Assembly: GCF_000400465.1 (NCBI RefSeq)
Contig: NW_008806283.1
Coordinates: 144,001 to 268,000 of the forward strand
From: Wallemia ichthyophaga EXF-994
Taxonomy: Eukaryota; Fungi; Basidiomycota
Direction of reading: 5' to 3'
Length of the DNA stretch: 124,000 nt
Numbering within the stretch: the stretch's first letter is position 1; the number at the start of each line of letters is the position of its first letter. A model generated the notes under the pieces. The model did no database searches. It worked only from the letters and a program-made list of their open reading frames with translations, and was not told the origin of the DNA. The position numbers were made by a program, and so were the translations under genes. This document shows positions 50,326 to 64,186 of the stretch, piece after piece.

Positions 50326-53264
50326 ATGTCAGCGTAAGTATATTAATAAATAAAATTTAATTTTTATAATTAATTATTACAGCTACTCGAGACACGCCCC
50401 TACAAAGGCTTTTGGTTTAATATTTAATTCCCCTTCCAACGTACACTATCAAACATCTACAAAGCTAGCATATCTCCCTGCACTTGAAGATGTACTCGTT
50501 TGGGATATTAAATCTGCTACTCTTCAATCTGAGTGGCATGAGACTGGCTGTACAGCTCAAGTTACCCAATTATCCCCAAATCCTGCCAATAACTCCTTCG
50601 CTGTCGGTTATAGTGATGGCTCTATTAGAATTTGGCAGAATAACGCTGCAAACATCACTTTCAACGGCCACAAATCTCCTATCACCTCTCTTGAATGGGA
50701 CTTTGAGGGTATACGCCTTATTTCTGGCTCAAAAGACACAAATATCATCGTTTGGGATACTTTGGCTGAACAAGGTCTTACTCGTTTAAAAGGTCACAAA
50801 GATGCTATAAACACACTCCATTTCATCTCTCAAAATCATTTAATCTCCACTTCAAACGATACTTTCATCAAGCTATGGGATCTTAACACTCAACATTGCT
50901 TACAAACTCTAATTGGTCACAGATCCCCTGTCACCACCTCTACCTTAACAAGTGACCTCTCTTTACTCGCTTCTGGCTCTTCCGATGGTGAAATTAGACT
51001 TTGGTCTATTAACCACGAAAATCTTCATGAGGGCTTGTCTCAAGATGATAATGGCGATTTCATCAAATTCATCAACCATATCTCCACCCTTCCAACTCAC
51101 ACTATTAATAGAAAACGCATCTCTCAACTCGCTTTTCACGATTCCTTACCCTTCTTAGCCATTTTATCTTCTGATAGATCTCTCGAAGTTCTCAGATTGC
51201 GTACTGAAGAAGAAATCAAGTCAAAGATGGCTAGACGTAGACGTCGCAATAAAGATAAAGGAAAAGCTACTCATGATGATTCTTCTGTCATTAACGTCAC
51301 CATGAACGATAGGCTAACTCCATACTTGGTCGTCCATTCTCACTCCAAGATCAAGTCTTTCTCTTTTCCCCCACTTCCTTCTAATTTTGATCCTAAAGCT
51401 CCTGCACAGGTCCTTTTAGCATTAGCCAATAATGCTGTTGAATTGCATGCCATACCAGCACCAACCAAGAAGACCGCTGATGAAAGGGAGCCTGAAGCTT
51501 ACCGCCTTCACTCTTTAGATCTTCCCGGCCATAGAGCTGATATACGCGCACTTGCTCTCTCCTCTGATGATCAGTTGTTAGCCAGTGCATCCAATGGCCA
51601 ACTCAAGGTGTGGAATATGAAAACTCAAGCCTGTCTGAGAACCATAGACTGTGGCTATGCCATCTCTGTTGCTTTCCTCCCAGGCAACAGGTCTATTGTC
51701 ATTGGTACAAAGAGTGGTAACCTTCAACTTTATGATTTAATTTCGTCAACTCAAATTGCAGATGTTGATGCCCACGACAATACTATCTACGCCATTGACA
51801 TCGCACCATCAAAAACTTCACTCGTCACTGCCTCTGGCGATAAAGATGTCAAATTCTGGGATATCACTGAAGTTGAACGTGACTCTGATGTTGTCGAAAA
51901 TCAAAAAGTCAAGTCTGTTGGCATTGTGCACACCCGCACACTCAAAATGACCGATGAAGTGTTGGCTGTTAAGCATTCACCTGATAACCGCTACATAGCA
52001 GTATCACTCTTAGACTCAACTGTCAAGATCTTCTTCAATGATTCACTGAAATTTTATCTATCACTCTACGGACATAAATTGCCCGTATTATCCATGGATA
52101 TCTCACACGACTCGAAACTCATCATCACCTCATCGGCTGACAAGAATATTAAAATTTGGGGTTTGGACTTTGGTGACTGTAGGAAATCTCTTTTTGGTCA
52201 TGATAGCAGTGTGATGCAGGTTCAATTCGAAGCCGATTCTCATAGATTTTGGTCCACATCCAAGGACGCAACCGTTGCTTATTGGGATGGTGACAAATTT
52301 GAACAAATTCAGAAATTGTATGGACATCAAGGTGAAATCTGGGCATTGGTTACATCCAAAGACGGTCAATTCTTGGTAACAGGCTCACACGATAAGAGTT
52401 TGAGAGTCTGGGAAAAGCTCGACGAGCCTTTATTCTTAGAAGAAGAGCGTGAAAAGGCTTTGGAAGAGTTATATGAAGCGGATCTTGCTGATGAGGATGT
52501 TGGCAAGGACCAGAATGATCAGGTTGAAGCTGACAACGTACACAAAGCAACAAGCGAGACGTTGATGGCTGGTGAAAAGATTATTGAAGCCATCGAAATA
52601 TCTGACGAGGATATTAATGCATTGAATGACTACAATAATCTTTCTCAAGTAGATAAGGATAAGGTTGGTGGACCACCCACCCGCCATGCACAGTTTGTCG
52701 CACTGGGTAATCCAACTCCTGACGAATACTTGCTCAAGTTTGTACTTGAGAAGATTTCTCCACCTGATCTTCACGATGCTCTACTCGTTTTGCCTTTTAG
52801 CCATGTCATTTCACTGTTGCGTTATCTCGAAACATGGTCCGAAAAGGTGTGTTATGTTTGAGAAGTATCAAGAGTAAGCTGACAAGAAAACATAGGGATG
52901 GAATATCGGATTAGTCGCGCGTATACTTTTCTTCCTACTCAAGACCCATCACCACCAAATTGTAGCAAACAGAGTGATGAGAAACACAATGATAGGGCTA
53001 AAAAAGTCACTTAGGAAACGCTTGAATGAGCAGAAAGTGAGTTGCTGTCTACGATTAAGGAAATACTTTACTTACACATAACAGTCTGTTGTTGGATTCA
53101 ATCTTGCAGCTCTCAAAGTGATCAGACGTGCACACGACGCTGATCGCATTTCCAAATACTTAGAGGAGGAGGATATGGATGAAGAAAGAGCGAACCAACG
53201 TCTCAAAGCTGAGGAAGAAGCCTTGATGAATGCAGGTAAAAAGAGAAAGAGGATAATATTATAG
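50326..53264 (+). CDS. UTP12: SSU processome WD40 protein Utp12/Dip2
   Basis: Spliced start MSAYSRHAPTKAFG; PGHRADIRALALSSDD, LYGHKLPVLSMDIS, LMAGEKIIEAI, Utp12 C-terminal domain. Confidence 0.93.
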
Positions 53265-53326
53265 ACTAATTGTACAAAACGTAGACTTCTAATTTATATT
53301 ATCATTGCAATTTTAGATCTAACGTA

Positions 53327-53757
53327 TCAGACTAGTCGCTGTGGTTGCGATTCCTCAATCTGTGCTGAATCAGATGACGTCTTGCGCTTTGATTTGAGTT
53401 GTTGGAGCTGAGACTTAAGGCTCTCTGGATCCTTTGCAGGTTTCTTAAAATATTTGTGAGTGATTTTGCTTGTAAACAGCAGTCAGCCTACATTTGTATC
53501 TTCTTCCTTAGGCCAGAATGTCGTTTTTGCCTGCATTTAAAGATCAGAGTGAGTAACTAGGTGTGTGTGTGTATAATCAATCTCACAGGCTCAATGTGCT
53601 TGTCATACCACTCAGGATCTCCAAAATGGTACATGAATGCTATTGGGAAGCTGCCAATACCATCAGCTTAAGCTGGGCGTATAGTGTCACGTCGATAAAT
53701 TAACACTCACAAGAGATAAGCAGCGAATTTGAATATTTCCAAGTTGGGTCCACCCAT
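53327..53757 (-). CDS. PET100: Cytochrome c oxidase assembly factor Pet100, spliced, absent from ORF track
   Basis: MGGPNLEIFKFAAYL / FPIAFMYHFGDPEWYDKHIEP / FWPKEEDTN / KKPAKDPESLKSQLQQLK across short exons. Confidence 0.85.
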
Positions 53758-53806
53758 CCTACAGCGTATTCTTCCTAATCGACGGCCAAGTCCAAGGGGC
53801 TAGATA

Positions 53807-55500
53807 ATGACAGACATTGATACAGACTTTAATAGTATTTCACTGCTATCCAATCATAACAAGGAAAATGCCATGACTTCAATTGCTATACCCAAATCAT
53901 CCACTTCTCTAAAAGATAACGATATCGATGATAGCAACCATAATGAGAGGAATGAGAGTTCGCCAAGAGGCAGGCATACAAAAATGCGTTCCTTGAGCAA
54001 TCCCGCATCTGATTTGGATACGGATACTGGCTTGTTGTTACGCAGAGTTGATGAGACTGCCTCTACATCAAGGAGGCATTCATTACATAAAGGGAAACAT
54101 AATATTATACACGCTATCGAAGAAAACGATAAGGGCTCTTCTGATATCGACTGGCAGTTCTGGGGCGAAGTGATGGCTAGTAAGTCTGAGACATTTCGGT
54201 GAGATATGCCTGACAGGTGTGCGTTATAGACTACGAGGACGTAGCTCATAACCAACCGCATGCGCTCTCCAAGGCTATTCAGAAGGGTATACCCAAGGAA
54301 TTACGCGGAATGTTGTGGCAGCTCATGTGAGTAACGTCATTGATGTGATTATCGTTGTTGACTATTATGCTCTAAAGGAGTAGCTCCAAGAACCCAGATC
54401 TAGAAGCATTATACCAAGAATACCTAAAGTTGTCATCAGTAAATGACAAAGCGATACATAAAGATCTTTCACGCACATTCCCGGCGTTGGAGTACTTCCA
54501 GGACCCAGATTCAGTAAATTGGCTTTTCAACGTGGCCAAAGCTTACTCACTTTATGATGTGGAGTGTGGATATACCCAGGGAATCCTATTCGTTATAGGT
54601 CCTCTTCTGTTAAATGCGCCAGATGAAGAGGCCTTTGGACTGCTAATCAGATTAATGCAATCTTATGATCTGCGTGGTCACTATCTACCTGAAATGCCTG
54701 GTTTACATTTGAGACTTTTCCAGTTTGATAGACTATTGGAAGAGTTTTTACCCATGGTGTACACGCACCTCACTAAACAAGGTGTCAAATCTTCGATGTA
54801 TGCTTCTCAATGGTTTATGACACTTTTTTCGTATCGCTTTCCACTCGACATTGTCTACAGGATATTCGACAACATATTCGCTGAAGGTATAGAGGCTATT
54901 TTTAGGTTTGGCATAGGATTGATGAAAAAGAATGAAGACAAATTACTGTCTCTGCAATTTGAAAATATAGTCGACTTTCTCAAAGAGGGAATGTTGGAAG
55001 CATACAGAATACCACGAGATACCACAACTAGGGCAGGATCAGTGTCACTGCAGGCACCTCTACTCAGAGGGACATCACACAGCTCACCACACTCGAGTAT
55101 AAGCGGAAGCGTCTCCCCCAGACTAGCTACTTCAGCGGATAGCGGTGAATGGGACTGTGATTCATTAGTCTCAGATGCTTATGATGTCAAGATAACACCA
55201 TTCCAACTAGATTCTTATGCTTCTGAATGGGCTGAGACTTGTTACAATGTCAACAAACACGCGCATGAAGTCGATGAATTGAGACTGGCAAATAGAGGTC
55301 TGTCTTCGCAGATAAAAAAACTGGAGGCTAGTCTTACGCAGATCAACGGAGAGCATTGCGAGCTGGTTAAAACTCTCGTCAATATAAGAATCGAGAAAGA
55401 TGAGATGGAGGAATCTCTAATCAACAAGCTAGTCAGGGCACAGATGGAGAAGGCAGCAGCAGAGGAGGAGCTTCAACGCATGAGAGAGCACATCAGGTGA
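53807..55500 (+). CDS. Rab-GAP TBC domain protein (Gyp5/Evi5-like)
   Basis: IDWQFWGEV, GIPKELRGMLWQL, IHKDLSRTFP, GYTQG, YASQWFMTLFSYRFP; C-terminal coiled coil. Confidence 0.92.
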
Positions 55501-55761
55501 TAAACAAGAAAATCAAAATAGCAGTTTCTAATTTGTTTCAATTTCAAGGTCTCACTGATATGGTAAGTGGTAAAATGAAAATTTAAAAAATTGTATGAAA
55601 GTGGAAATGGAGAGAACGATTGTAATAACGCAGTTTAAATTAAAAGCCTTACGATTTTTGCTTAAATTAAAAATATAAAATCTCACGGCGTTCACTCGCT
55701 AAGACGAATCCATCGATCTTTCCTAAACTTAATTTATCGTTCAAAAAATAAGATTGTTTAG

Positions 55762-57203
55762 ATGACGGCAGCTGGCACATCTAGCGGCGAGACACCAGCC
55801 GCATTAGCTGAATTAGTAACTCAAGTGTCTCCAAATTCCCAACCGCAGAGGAATACGCGTCAACCTGTTCGCAAGACTAAGAAAAAGAAACAGCCTGCTC
55901 CCAGTGAAACTGAGAAGAACATCGGCAGTCACGAGAATACCAATAAACAGCCCCAACAATCGTTATCGACTTCAGAAAATGACGCTCAATCACCCCATAC
56001 TGAACAGCCTCCACAAAGACCCGAGCAGATTCCTACAACAGCGACAAACAATGGTTAGTGTTTATCTTACATAATTATAGACTCAAATTTACCAAATACT
56101 CACTAGTAAAAGAAGAAACTCAGCCAACGAAAGAACCTTCCAAACCAGTACCCAAACAGCGCAAAAAGAAGTCAAAATTATCTTCATTCTTCTCTTCCAT
56201 CGTTCCATGCGTTGGAGAATCATCAAGAAATCCAGCGCACGACATTTCATCGAGTGAGGCACCACACAAAACACAAAATCAACCGTCAGCATCAACATCA
56301 CGGCGGAAGTCTAATAATAACATAAATAACTCAAGTACAGTAGACCTTAGTCAGAATAATGAAGATGATATACCACCTGCTACGCCAGTCATACCTTCTC
56401 AAGGAGTTGATATGCCTCTATCAGATACAGCTGGATTGACCTCAGGAGCTGTTATGCCCCCCGGAAAAGAATTAAATCCACCAACACCATCTCGTCAACC
56501 ATCCACTCACCAACACCACGAAAGCGAATCTTCTGAGGAAGAGGAAGAAGAGGAAGTTGATGAATTTGAGAGTGAGCTGGCAGATGAGGAGCGCATAATC
56601 GCAAAAGGTGGAATGGGTATACCAGTTGGTGAGGATGGTCAACCTAACCCTCTTTTACCTCCTTTAATCACATCAGACAATGGCAAAAAGTGCTTAGTTT
56701 TGGATTTGGATGAGACTTTAGTGCACAGTTCATTTAAATTAATTCAGCATGCTGATTACGTGGTACCTGTTGAAATTGAGTCGCAAACTCACAACGTATA
56801 CGTGATAAAGCGCCCAGGAGTTGATGCTTTCCTTAAGAGAATGGGTGATTTGTTTGAAATTGTCGTATTCACAGCTTCACTATCTAAATACGCCGACCCA
56901 GTATTAGATATGTTGGATATCAACAGAGTAGTCAGGCACCGATTATTCAGAGAAAGTTGTTACAATCATAAAGGAAATTATGTCAAGGATCTCTCACAAT
57001 TAGGTAGACTGATCAACGATAGTATAATCATCGATAATAGCCCTGCATCTTACGTATTTCATCCAAACAATGCAGTACCAGTTTCAAGTTGGTTCAATGA
57101 TCCTCATGATACTGAATTGACCGATTTGTGTCCTTTCTTGACAGATTTGACAGCGGTTGATGATGTTAGAGGCATATTAAATGGTACTTTATTAGCTTCA
57201 TAG
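55762..57203 (+). CDS. FCP1/SCP-like HAD phosphatase (Psr1/Psr2 type)
   Basis: [49 protein letters not shown]. Confidence 0.92.
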
Positions 57204-57548
57204 TCTTTCAGTTCCCTACCTTGACACAGTTCATATTCAATATTTTTCAATTTACATTCAATTAGATTTGCATTCATAATACTTGGTCAATCAACACATT
57301 CCACAGCTCTCAAAATGTTATAACTTTAGTTAAACACAATCGAATCATTTGAAACACCGAAACCAGTCATTGCTACTCCTTTCACTTCTACAATTTGTAA
57401 TTCTTTAATTCCAATTACATTAAAACTTCATCCAAATTCTAAAGCGATTTCAAATGCGTAATCATTCATGAAAGTACAAGCATAGTCATTGCTCCCCAAA
57501 GACGTGTCATTTTCATTCAAGTTTTCTAGCAGCAATTGCTTAAATCGC

Positions 57549-58719
57549 TCAGATACCTGCAAAGTATGGTCCAAATGCATGGACGTGATCGTTGAGTAAG
57601 CTAAAGTTGTATGGTGTGACTGGAACTTCTTCGTCGGTGATTGCGATGAAGACGGTTCCATTAACGCCCATACCCTTGCCGTACATCATAAAGTCTGGGT
57701 GGATAGTGGTAGCTGTCATGGCCTCAGTGTCGATGTTTTCGAGTGGAGCATATGTGACATTAAGTTGGTGAATGAAGGCGACGTGCGATGGGTCACCAAG
57801 ATCTGGGTTCTTATCGGTGGTGTAGTTTTGCTCTGATGGTCCAACAGCCATACCTGGTGCCTCCCATTGCAGCTCGAGCTGTCTGCCAGGTTGAGCTACG
57901 TGTGTGTAGTTATTACTGACAGCGGATTCGATAGATGTGTCGAGCGTCGCGTTGGCGTTGGTGACATTCAAAGCTGGGAAGACTGGGAACTCGACTCTTG
58001 GGTTGCTTTCTGGGCAGCTGTCGAGGTAAGGAACCAACAAGCTCCAAGCCATAGCTTGAGTGAGACCTGTATTGAATTAATCAGCTTAAAAATCCTTGGA
58101 TGAGAATTTTCCTACCCATGTTAAACCAGTATGGTTGTGGGAATTCACCCGCCATCATTGCCATAGAGACTTCTTGCTTGGCCTCAGTGGTGATACTTTG
58201 AAGAAGCTATGTTTCATCAGAAAAATCATTAGCAAGACAATGTCTACTCACAAGTTGAGCGATTGGGCGAGAGTCCAAATGAGGAAGGAAACCATAGACA
58301 CCTGCTTCACCGAATCTAGTGATGTATTCTGCGAACGCAAGTGCCTCTCTCACAGTAGTGTAAGGGTACTTGTATGAGCACTGTTGGGAGGTCTGTCCAA
58401 CCGACGCAAGAATGTTGTTGATCATCTCTGCATGACCAACCTCTTGCTCAGCCATTTCTTGGATGTAATATCTTTGTGATGCGTCAATGCCAACAGCTTC
58501 GAAATCCTCGTCTGGAAATGATGCGAGGATGTTGTGAAAGAGGTCTAACTCCAGGAACTCCTGGTTAACACCAACGACAAAGCTGGCGGTGTCAAAGTCG
58601 GACATTGGGGTGTACTCAGGGAGTTCGTCACCTGAAACGCCCACGCCACCGTCTGGGGGCGCTGGGTATGCAAGTGCAGAAGAGGCTATGATTGCTGAGC
58701 TGAGAAGTTTGGAGATCAT
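57549..58719 (-). CDS. Rds1-like secreted ferritin-like protein, copy 2
   Basis: ORF-track exon translations identical to 47367..48537; inverted orientation. Confidence 0.88.
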
Positions 58720-59325
58720 TGTGGTAGTAGTAAAAGAAAAATGCATTACTTCTTAAAGGGGTCTCGGCAAAACATGCAATAAGTTCACCCACTCAGACAT
58801 CAGTCCGGGTAAAAGTTGGTAAAAGCTTTCCGGATGAAAGGATGTCTGTGATTGCTGTATCGAGTAGCGACGTTATTTAATAATGATCCCCTGATCAGTT
58901 ACGTCACATATATCACGTTTCGAATTCAATTGTTAATGTCACCCTTCGAATTCGATTGTGATAGCCAAGAAATCCTGTTCTATTCCGAGACACATCTCTG
59001 TCACAGTCGGATGTGTATCGTATATTAGCACGAGTAGCAATCGAGTAAAAGTAGCTTTTAGCTCTTCAGAAGGCCGTAGAAGGGCAGTAGCCTAGACTCT
59101 GTTGCCATCCAATCCTTTCCAAGATTATTCATCAGCCACGCTCAATCATTAACGAATAGGAAGACAATTAATTAAAAAAAATCTTACTATTCGTGGATCT
59201 AGTTAGTGTCTAGTTTTATTCTGATTATCTAGATGTAAGCTGTTGTTCTGTTCAACGTAGTAAGCTTGTTTTTGTTATAAATCAAAACATTCCAATGTAA
59301 ATTTCAATCAATTATTAAACCAAGC

Positions 59326-60707
59326 TCATTGTTCACGCGCTAATGGATTTACAAGCATTTCACCGAATTTTATTAAACTGGATGTACCACGTGGTTCGTT
59401 CAGAAGGAGTGGAATCTTTGGAAAGTCAATTAGTGCTGATTGCGTAAAAATACGCTTACTTTAACAATGTGGAAGTCTTCTCCATATCTAATACACTCAT
59501 CAGCATTTGACGTTACACTCATCAAACACTCACAAGTCATCAGCTTCTGCAAGATATTTCTTTTGGGTGCCATCTCTTGCTAGACATCTATCGCAATTTG
59601 ATCGAGAGTTACCTTGATCGTCTTGTGGTAGCAAGAGGAGGTTGTTTATAACTATGTTGCTGGTATCTATGCCACTGATTGAGTGTTAGTAGCTTCAAGC
59701 ATAGTTGAAAGCACTCACTAAGTCGAAAGTTCTTGTATCAGACGCTCAGTTTCGTATATAGACAAGAACTCAGCAATACAGACACAAACAACTGGAGATG
59801 GTGCGATTAGAGTTAGTGAGGCATTAATTACCAATACTACTCACAAGTTGTCAAGTCAGCGTTCTCAGAAATAATCAGCTGTGAACGCGATCATAGCTCA
59901 ACTGACTCACCTTGAATTGGGTGTTGACTTCATCGATGGTAGTGCGCATACTCTCTAATTTAGCAAAAATATCCTCTTGGGCATTAGCTCCCCCTCCCAT
60001 CATACCGGTGAAGTTGTTGATCAGACCACCAAATCGACCAGACAAAGAGCTAATTTTCTCCAAAGCCTTGGACAGAACGGTTGGGAAAGATAAGAAACGT
60101 AAAGTGTGACCAGTAGGAGCAGTATCAAAAACGATACAGCTATATTGTTGAGAATTGACGTATTTCATAATCTCAGCGAATCCCATAGCCTCATCAACAC
60201 CTGGGATAGCGAATGCCAAATCTTGGACAAAGCTGTTCAAGCCATTTGAATCACTGTCTTCATTGCTCTGGACCATTTCAGTTAAGGCTGCAGAAGGATC
60301 GATTTCCATTGCGGATAAGTTGTCGAAACCGTTGACATTAGTTGCCTCTTTTGAGAATTTCTGATTAAAAGCATCTGAAAGGTTGTGTGCGGGGTCTGTT
60401 GACTGTAAATGCGTAAAGGTGCTTAGAAACTTGTTACGTTTGAGTGAAATATATAACTCACTATCAGCAAAACGCTTTCACGGGACTTTGCGAGCTGAAT
60501 AGCTAAAGAGCAAGACGTTGTAGTCTTACCGACACCACCTTTACCACCTAATTCAAAGATATAGACATTCACCGTCCTGATGCAAGTACTAACCACAGAA
60601 GATCCATTTGAGCGTCTAAGCTTGTTTAGTAAAGCGTCTTTAGAAAACTCAAATCTCACTTTGTTATTGACTACATTCTCAAGCGTTGGTGCAAACTCGT
60701 CTGCCAT
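59326..60707 (-). CDS. GET3: Tail-anchored protein targeting ATPase Get3 (ArsA family), many short exons
   Basis: [64 protein letters not shown]. Confidence 0.95.
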
Positions 60708-60823
60708 TTTGATATTGCTGGTCAAGAATCAACTTCCATGTCGCTTGTATTTCAGACTTTGAATTTATTGAGTGTGGAGAGGAACAGTTACGGCGTTAGA
60801 ACGGGCGATTACTTGAGATACAG

Positions 60824-62335
60824 GTGGGTATGTTTATATGCATGAAATGCCTTGTAACAGCGCATAGGAAACACTGTACTAGAAAGATCAATAAGCTGCG
60901 TAGAAATCTCAAGCTGACGAATGGAAAAGGCAAGAGATTCAATAAATGTACAGCAGAATCCATTCTCAGACAATCTGATATCAGAGTATTGGAATTGCTG
61001 CTCCTCTCTGCCGATAAATATTGGGCTGAGTCTCAAGAGAATAAAGACGCAACGAGCAAATTGAGAAGATCAGATCAATTTGCAAATGTCTTAATTGAGG
61101 CTTCTTCCAAGTTCGGTCTTCACTCCAGTGACACTGTTCAGTTGGAAATATATCACAAATTCATCCAAGGAAGCTACAATTTGAGTAAAAATAAGTTCCA
61201 CGACGCACTCAACTTATTGTCAATCTCTTACGTTTACCTCAAAAACCTTATTAACGCTGCACCTAATGATAAGATTAGGGCTTTGGGTGAAGGGTGGTTA
61301 GATGAGTTATCACCCAAAATTCGTTACTGCTCTTATCAAAGCGGGAACAAATCTACATCACATGAGATTGATAGAATAGCAAACGAGCATTCATCTTCTC
61401 ACTCGTTTGTTCAACTCGAGTACAGCCAAGAAGATAAGCCAACTAAAGTAAAGAACTTGACATGGCGTGGCAAGGAATTACGACTCACATCTGTTGACGT
61501 CGTTGAAGCCATACACAAGTTACAGTCTGTCATTGACAAGAAGTCTGGTAAATCAACCCAATCACTATCAAACTATGACGAAATTCTCAACACTTACACC
61601 AACGCGATAGAGATATCGCCTCAAGGTCTATTGAAGCAGGTCCTCACGTACAAAATGCTCGCTTTGAGATTAGAAAGAGATCTCAAAATCAACAACCAAC
61701 TCGAGTCAAACGAACCTGCAAAAAATAGATCAAAAGTTAAAGTTATCGATGGAATTATCTTCACATTAGAGCAATTACGTAATTTGCACATTGTTGAATC
61801 TGACGACTCGGATTTGAGTGGTTATGTTGAGACTAAAATCAGCTACCATCAAGCACTTAAGAATTACACCCTCGGTTTATCGCACTTGATGGCTCACAGC
61901 TATGGACCTTCTATCAGATTACTGGAGTCTTGCAAGTTCTACAACAGATCAGGATTAGAATTGTTGATGAGCCTTGATGAAAGCACCTTAAACCATTCTG
62001 AAGCATTCGAGCCAGTCGTTGACATCGCTCTAATTGAAGACTTGAATAAGATGGTAGACACAGCTCTGGTTAACTCCAAGAAGGCTTGGTTCGCTCAGCA
62101 GTTCAAGCGTCCACTCTTCTTCGATATTGCCAACACCTACGTTGAACCACCACTTGACTACATACTTGACAAATCTCAATCCAAAGATACAAAACCTTCT
62201 AAAAAGGAAGCTCAGAAACCGCCCACTGGCCACGTCATCTCTAGTGAAGATTCTAAACAAACTCAAGACTCTGCTGAGAAGAATGCCAACAAGACTGCCT
62301 CTTCAGGGTGGTTTGGTAGTTTATGGAAGCGTTGA
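60824..62335 (+). CDS. SRP68: Signal recognition particle subunit Srp68
   Basis: LLLLSADKYWAES, LSPKIRYCSYQ, KRPLFFDIANTYV, C-terminal GWFGSLW; a small 5' exon may precede. Confidence 0.8.
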   Translation: MGMFICMKCLVTAHRKHCTRKINKLRRNLKLTNGKGKRFNKCTAESILRQSDIRVLELLLLSADKYWAESQENKDATSKLRRSDQFANVLIEASSKFGLHSSDTVQLEIYHKFIQGSYNLSKNKFHDALNLLSISYVYLKNLINAAPNDKIRALGEGWLDELSPKIRYCSYQSGNKSTSHEIDRIANEHSSSHSFVQLEYSQEDKPTKVKNLTWRGKELRLTSVDVVEAIHKLQSVIDKKSGKSTQSLSNYDEILNTYTNAIEISPQGLLKQVLTYKMLALRLERDLKINNQLESNEPAKNRSKVKVIDGIIFTLEQLRNLHIVESDDSDLSGYVETKISYHQALKNYTLGLSHLMAHSYGPSIRLLESCKFYNRSGLELLMSLDESTLNHSEAFEPVVDIALIEDLNKMVDTALVNSKKAWFAQQFKRPLFFDIANTYVEPPLDYILDKSQSKDTKPSKKEAQKPPTGHVISSEDSKQTQDSAEKNANKTASSGWFGSLWKR

Positions 62336-63129
62336 TTGTGTTCAAAGTATAAAACATATCTTGAAATTATAGATAGAAATGAATCAAAGGATCTTTGAGT
62401 ACCTGTGTTTTGATTACTGTAGATGCTTTCACCCATGTAGAAGACCTTGTAAGTATCAATAAAGCCAGAAGCCAAAGCACATTTTTGTGTCAGCCGCCCA
62501 AATCGACGTATCTAAGTACGCGATGAACCAAACAACTATATCATTAAGCAACAAGATTTTGTCTCAATGGATCAAGACCAAATGTAGAAATATATGATAA
62601 GTGATGTGCTAACACTTATAATATCTGACAAAATACTTGACAACCTACGAAGCATCCAACTGACAAAATACTAAGACTTGCTTGAGTCATCTCTCACTTA
62701 TTCAATTGAAGTCCAACTAATCATTAATCTGGTTTCCCTCAAGGCGTTTATCAATGATGTCAACAGAGTCGTGTTATCAGAGTGAAAGTGTGATGAATTG
62801 TGTTATACGAGAGTTAAATAATAATAACAATTTAAGTGACAACACCTAAATACATTCAACGTCATCATGTTTCATGACTCCTAATTTTTCTCATTTTACA
62901 GCATTATAGTTGATCCTCGCAGAGCAGCAACAGCTCGAAAACAGTCAAACACTAGCAAACTTCAACAGCCAGTACTATTATAAAGCTAAATAGATCAATG
63001 AAATTACTCTTTTATATCTGATTATACCCTGATTCTTACCACATCACCAAAATAAAGCTCGTCATCTCCAAATCAAGAACGACACGCTCAGTAACGTCTT
63101 CTTCATATTGCTGTAATTACTACAAATAT

Positions 63130-63950
63130 TAATATCATTCTATAGCTGTTGATTTGGCGACTAATTCAAAAGCATCTTTATCGGTATTAGCGCCGTGCAA
63201 TGCTCTGCTCGTCCAGTTATGTGGTATGTCGCAAGGAGAGTTTTGATATTTCGAAATGCAACTTCATACTATCCTGCCTTCTGTGATTTCAACGCAGACT
63301 TGATTGCCTTTTACAAGTCTATTATTCGAAATATCAAAATGCACTTGGTCTATCCAAAACCCCCCGATTCAAAGTTGGATTGAACTCCACTTGTCTTTGC
63401 ATGAATCGATTGTTCAAAGTCGAAGATGATCCAGAATGGTAAAACATTTCCCCTGTAGACACTGTTTGTCGGAAAACGTTAATCGCGTCTAGAAGTGTGA
63501 GCATTTGTAATTTTGGGTTCTTGCGCTCTTCATCAGCAAAAATTGATTGTATCGATCACTTAATCGCGTCAAATCCTCCACTTTTATCCCATAGCGCGCT
63601 AAAGAGTGTTGTCGGATTGTAATTTCCGAGCATCTTATAGGACGCAATTGGAGGCTCAGGGACATAATTGTGGTAAAAAATTTTAGAGCTTATTCAGGGC
63701 TACCTATGAAATTCTTTTATTTGAGATCATTCAAACTCGTAAAATGAGATGGGTGGTGGTAGTCGAGAATCCAACTCAGTGGATATCGAGAGGAGAGTTA
63801 ATCTGGAAACATATTTAGATTGCTGGAGATGCCATGAGATCTATTGTCCTGCTAAACTGTTCAAATTGTTAGTATTATCTCAGCATTCGTCTTCTGACAT
63901 ACTTGGTCAATTGCGGGGTGAACTAAGTTTGTTTCGTTCATTGGAGTGAG
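63130..63950 (-). pseudogene. Decayed copy B of the unidentified gene family
   Basis: Minus-strand peptides SISTELDSRLPPPIS and LDRPSAF shared with copy C; multiple stops and frameshifts; boundaries approximate. Confidence 0.65.
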
Positions 63951-64186
63951 GGGCTATTCAATCCTATTAAACATGTTATCATACTCAGTCTAGCCCTTAA
64001 AAACATGCAGACAACAAAGGTAAAATAATTGTGCAAAGTGTTTGAAATGTTAATATAAGATTTTGAATACATTGGAGAAGTTGATACAGAAAGAACATAA
64101 GCGTGAAACGGAAAGCAAGAGTTAAGAATACAAGGGAGCGTATAAACCGAAATGAGATAAGCTCCAAATAAATACCTTTAGTCAGC

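Noticed and set aside
62770-62870. Possible box C/D snoRNA on the minus strand (ATGATGA...CTGA, guide CACACTTTCA complementary to LSU UGAAAGUGUG)
   Set aside because: No terminal stem or clear C'/D' boxes, and only a 10 nt match in AT-rich DNA next to a pseudogene; too weak to call
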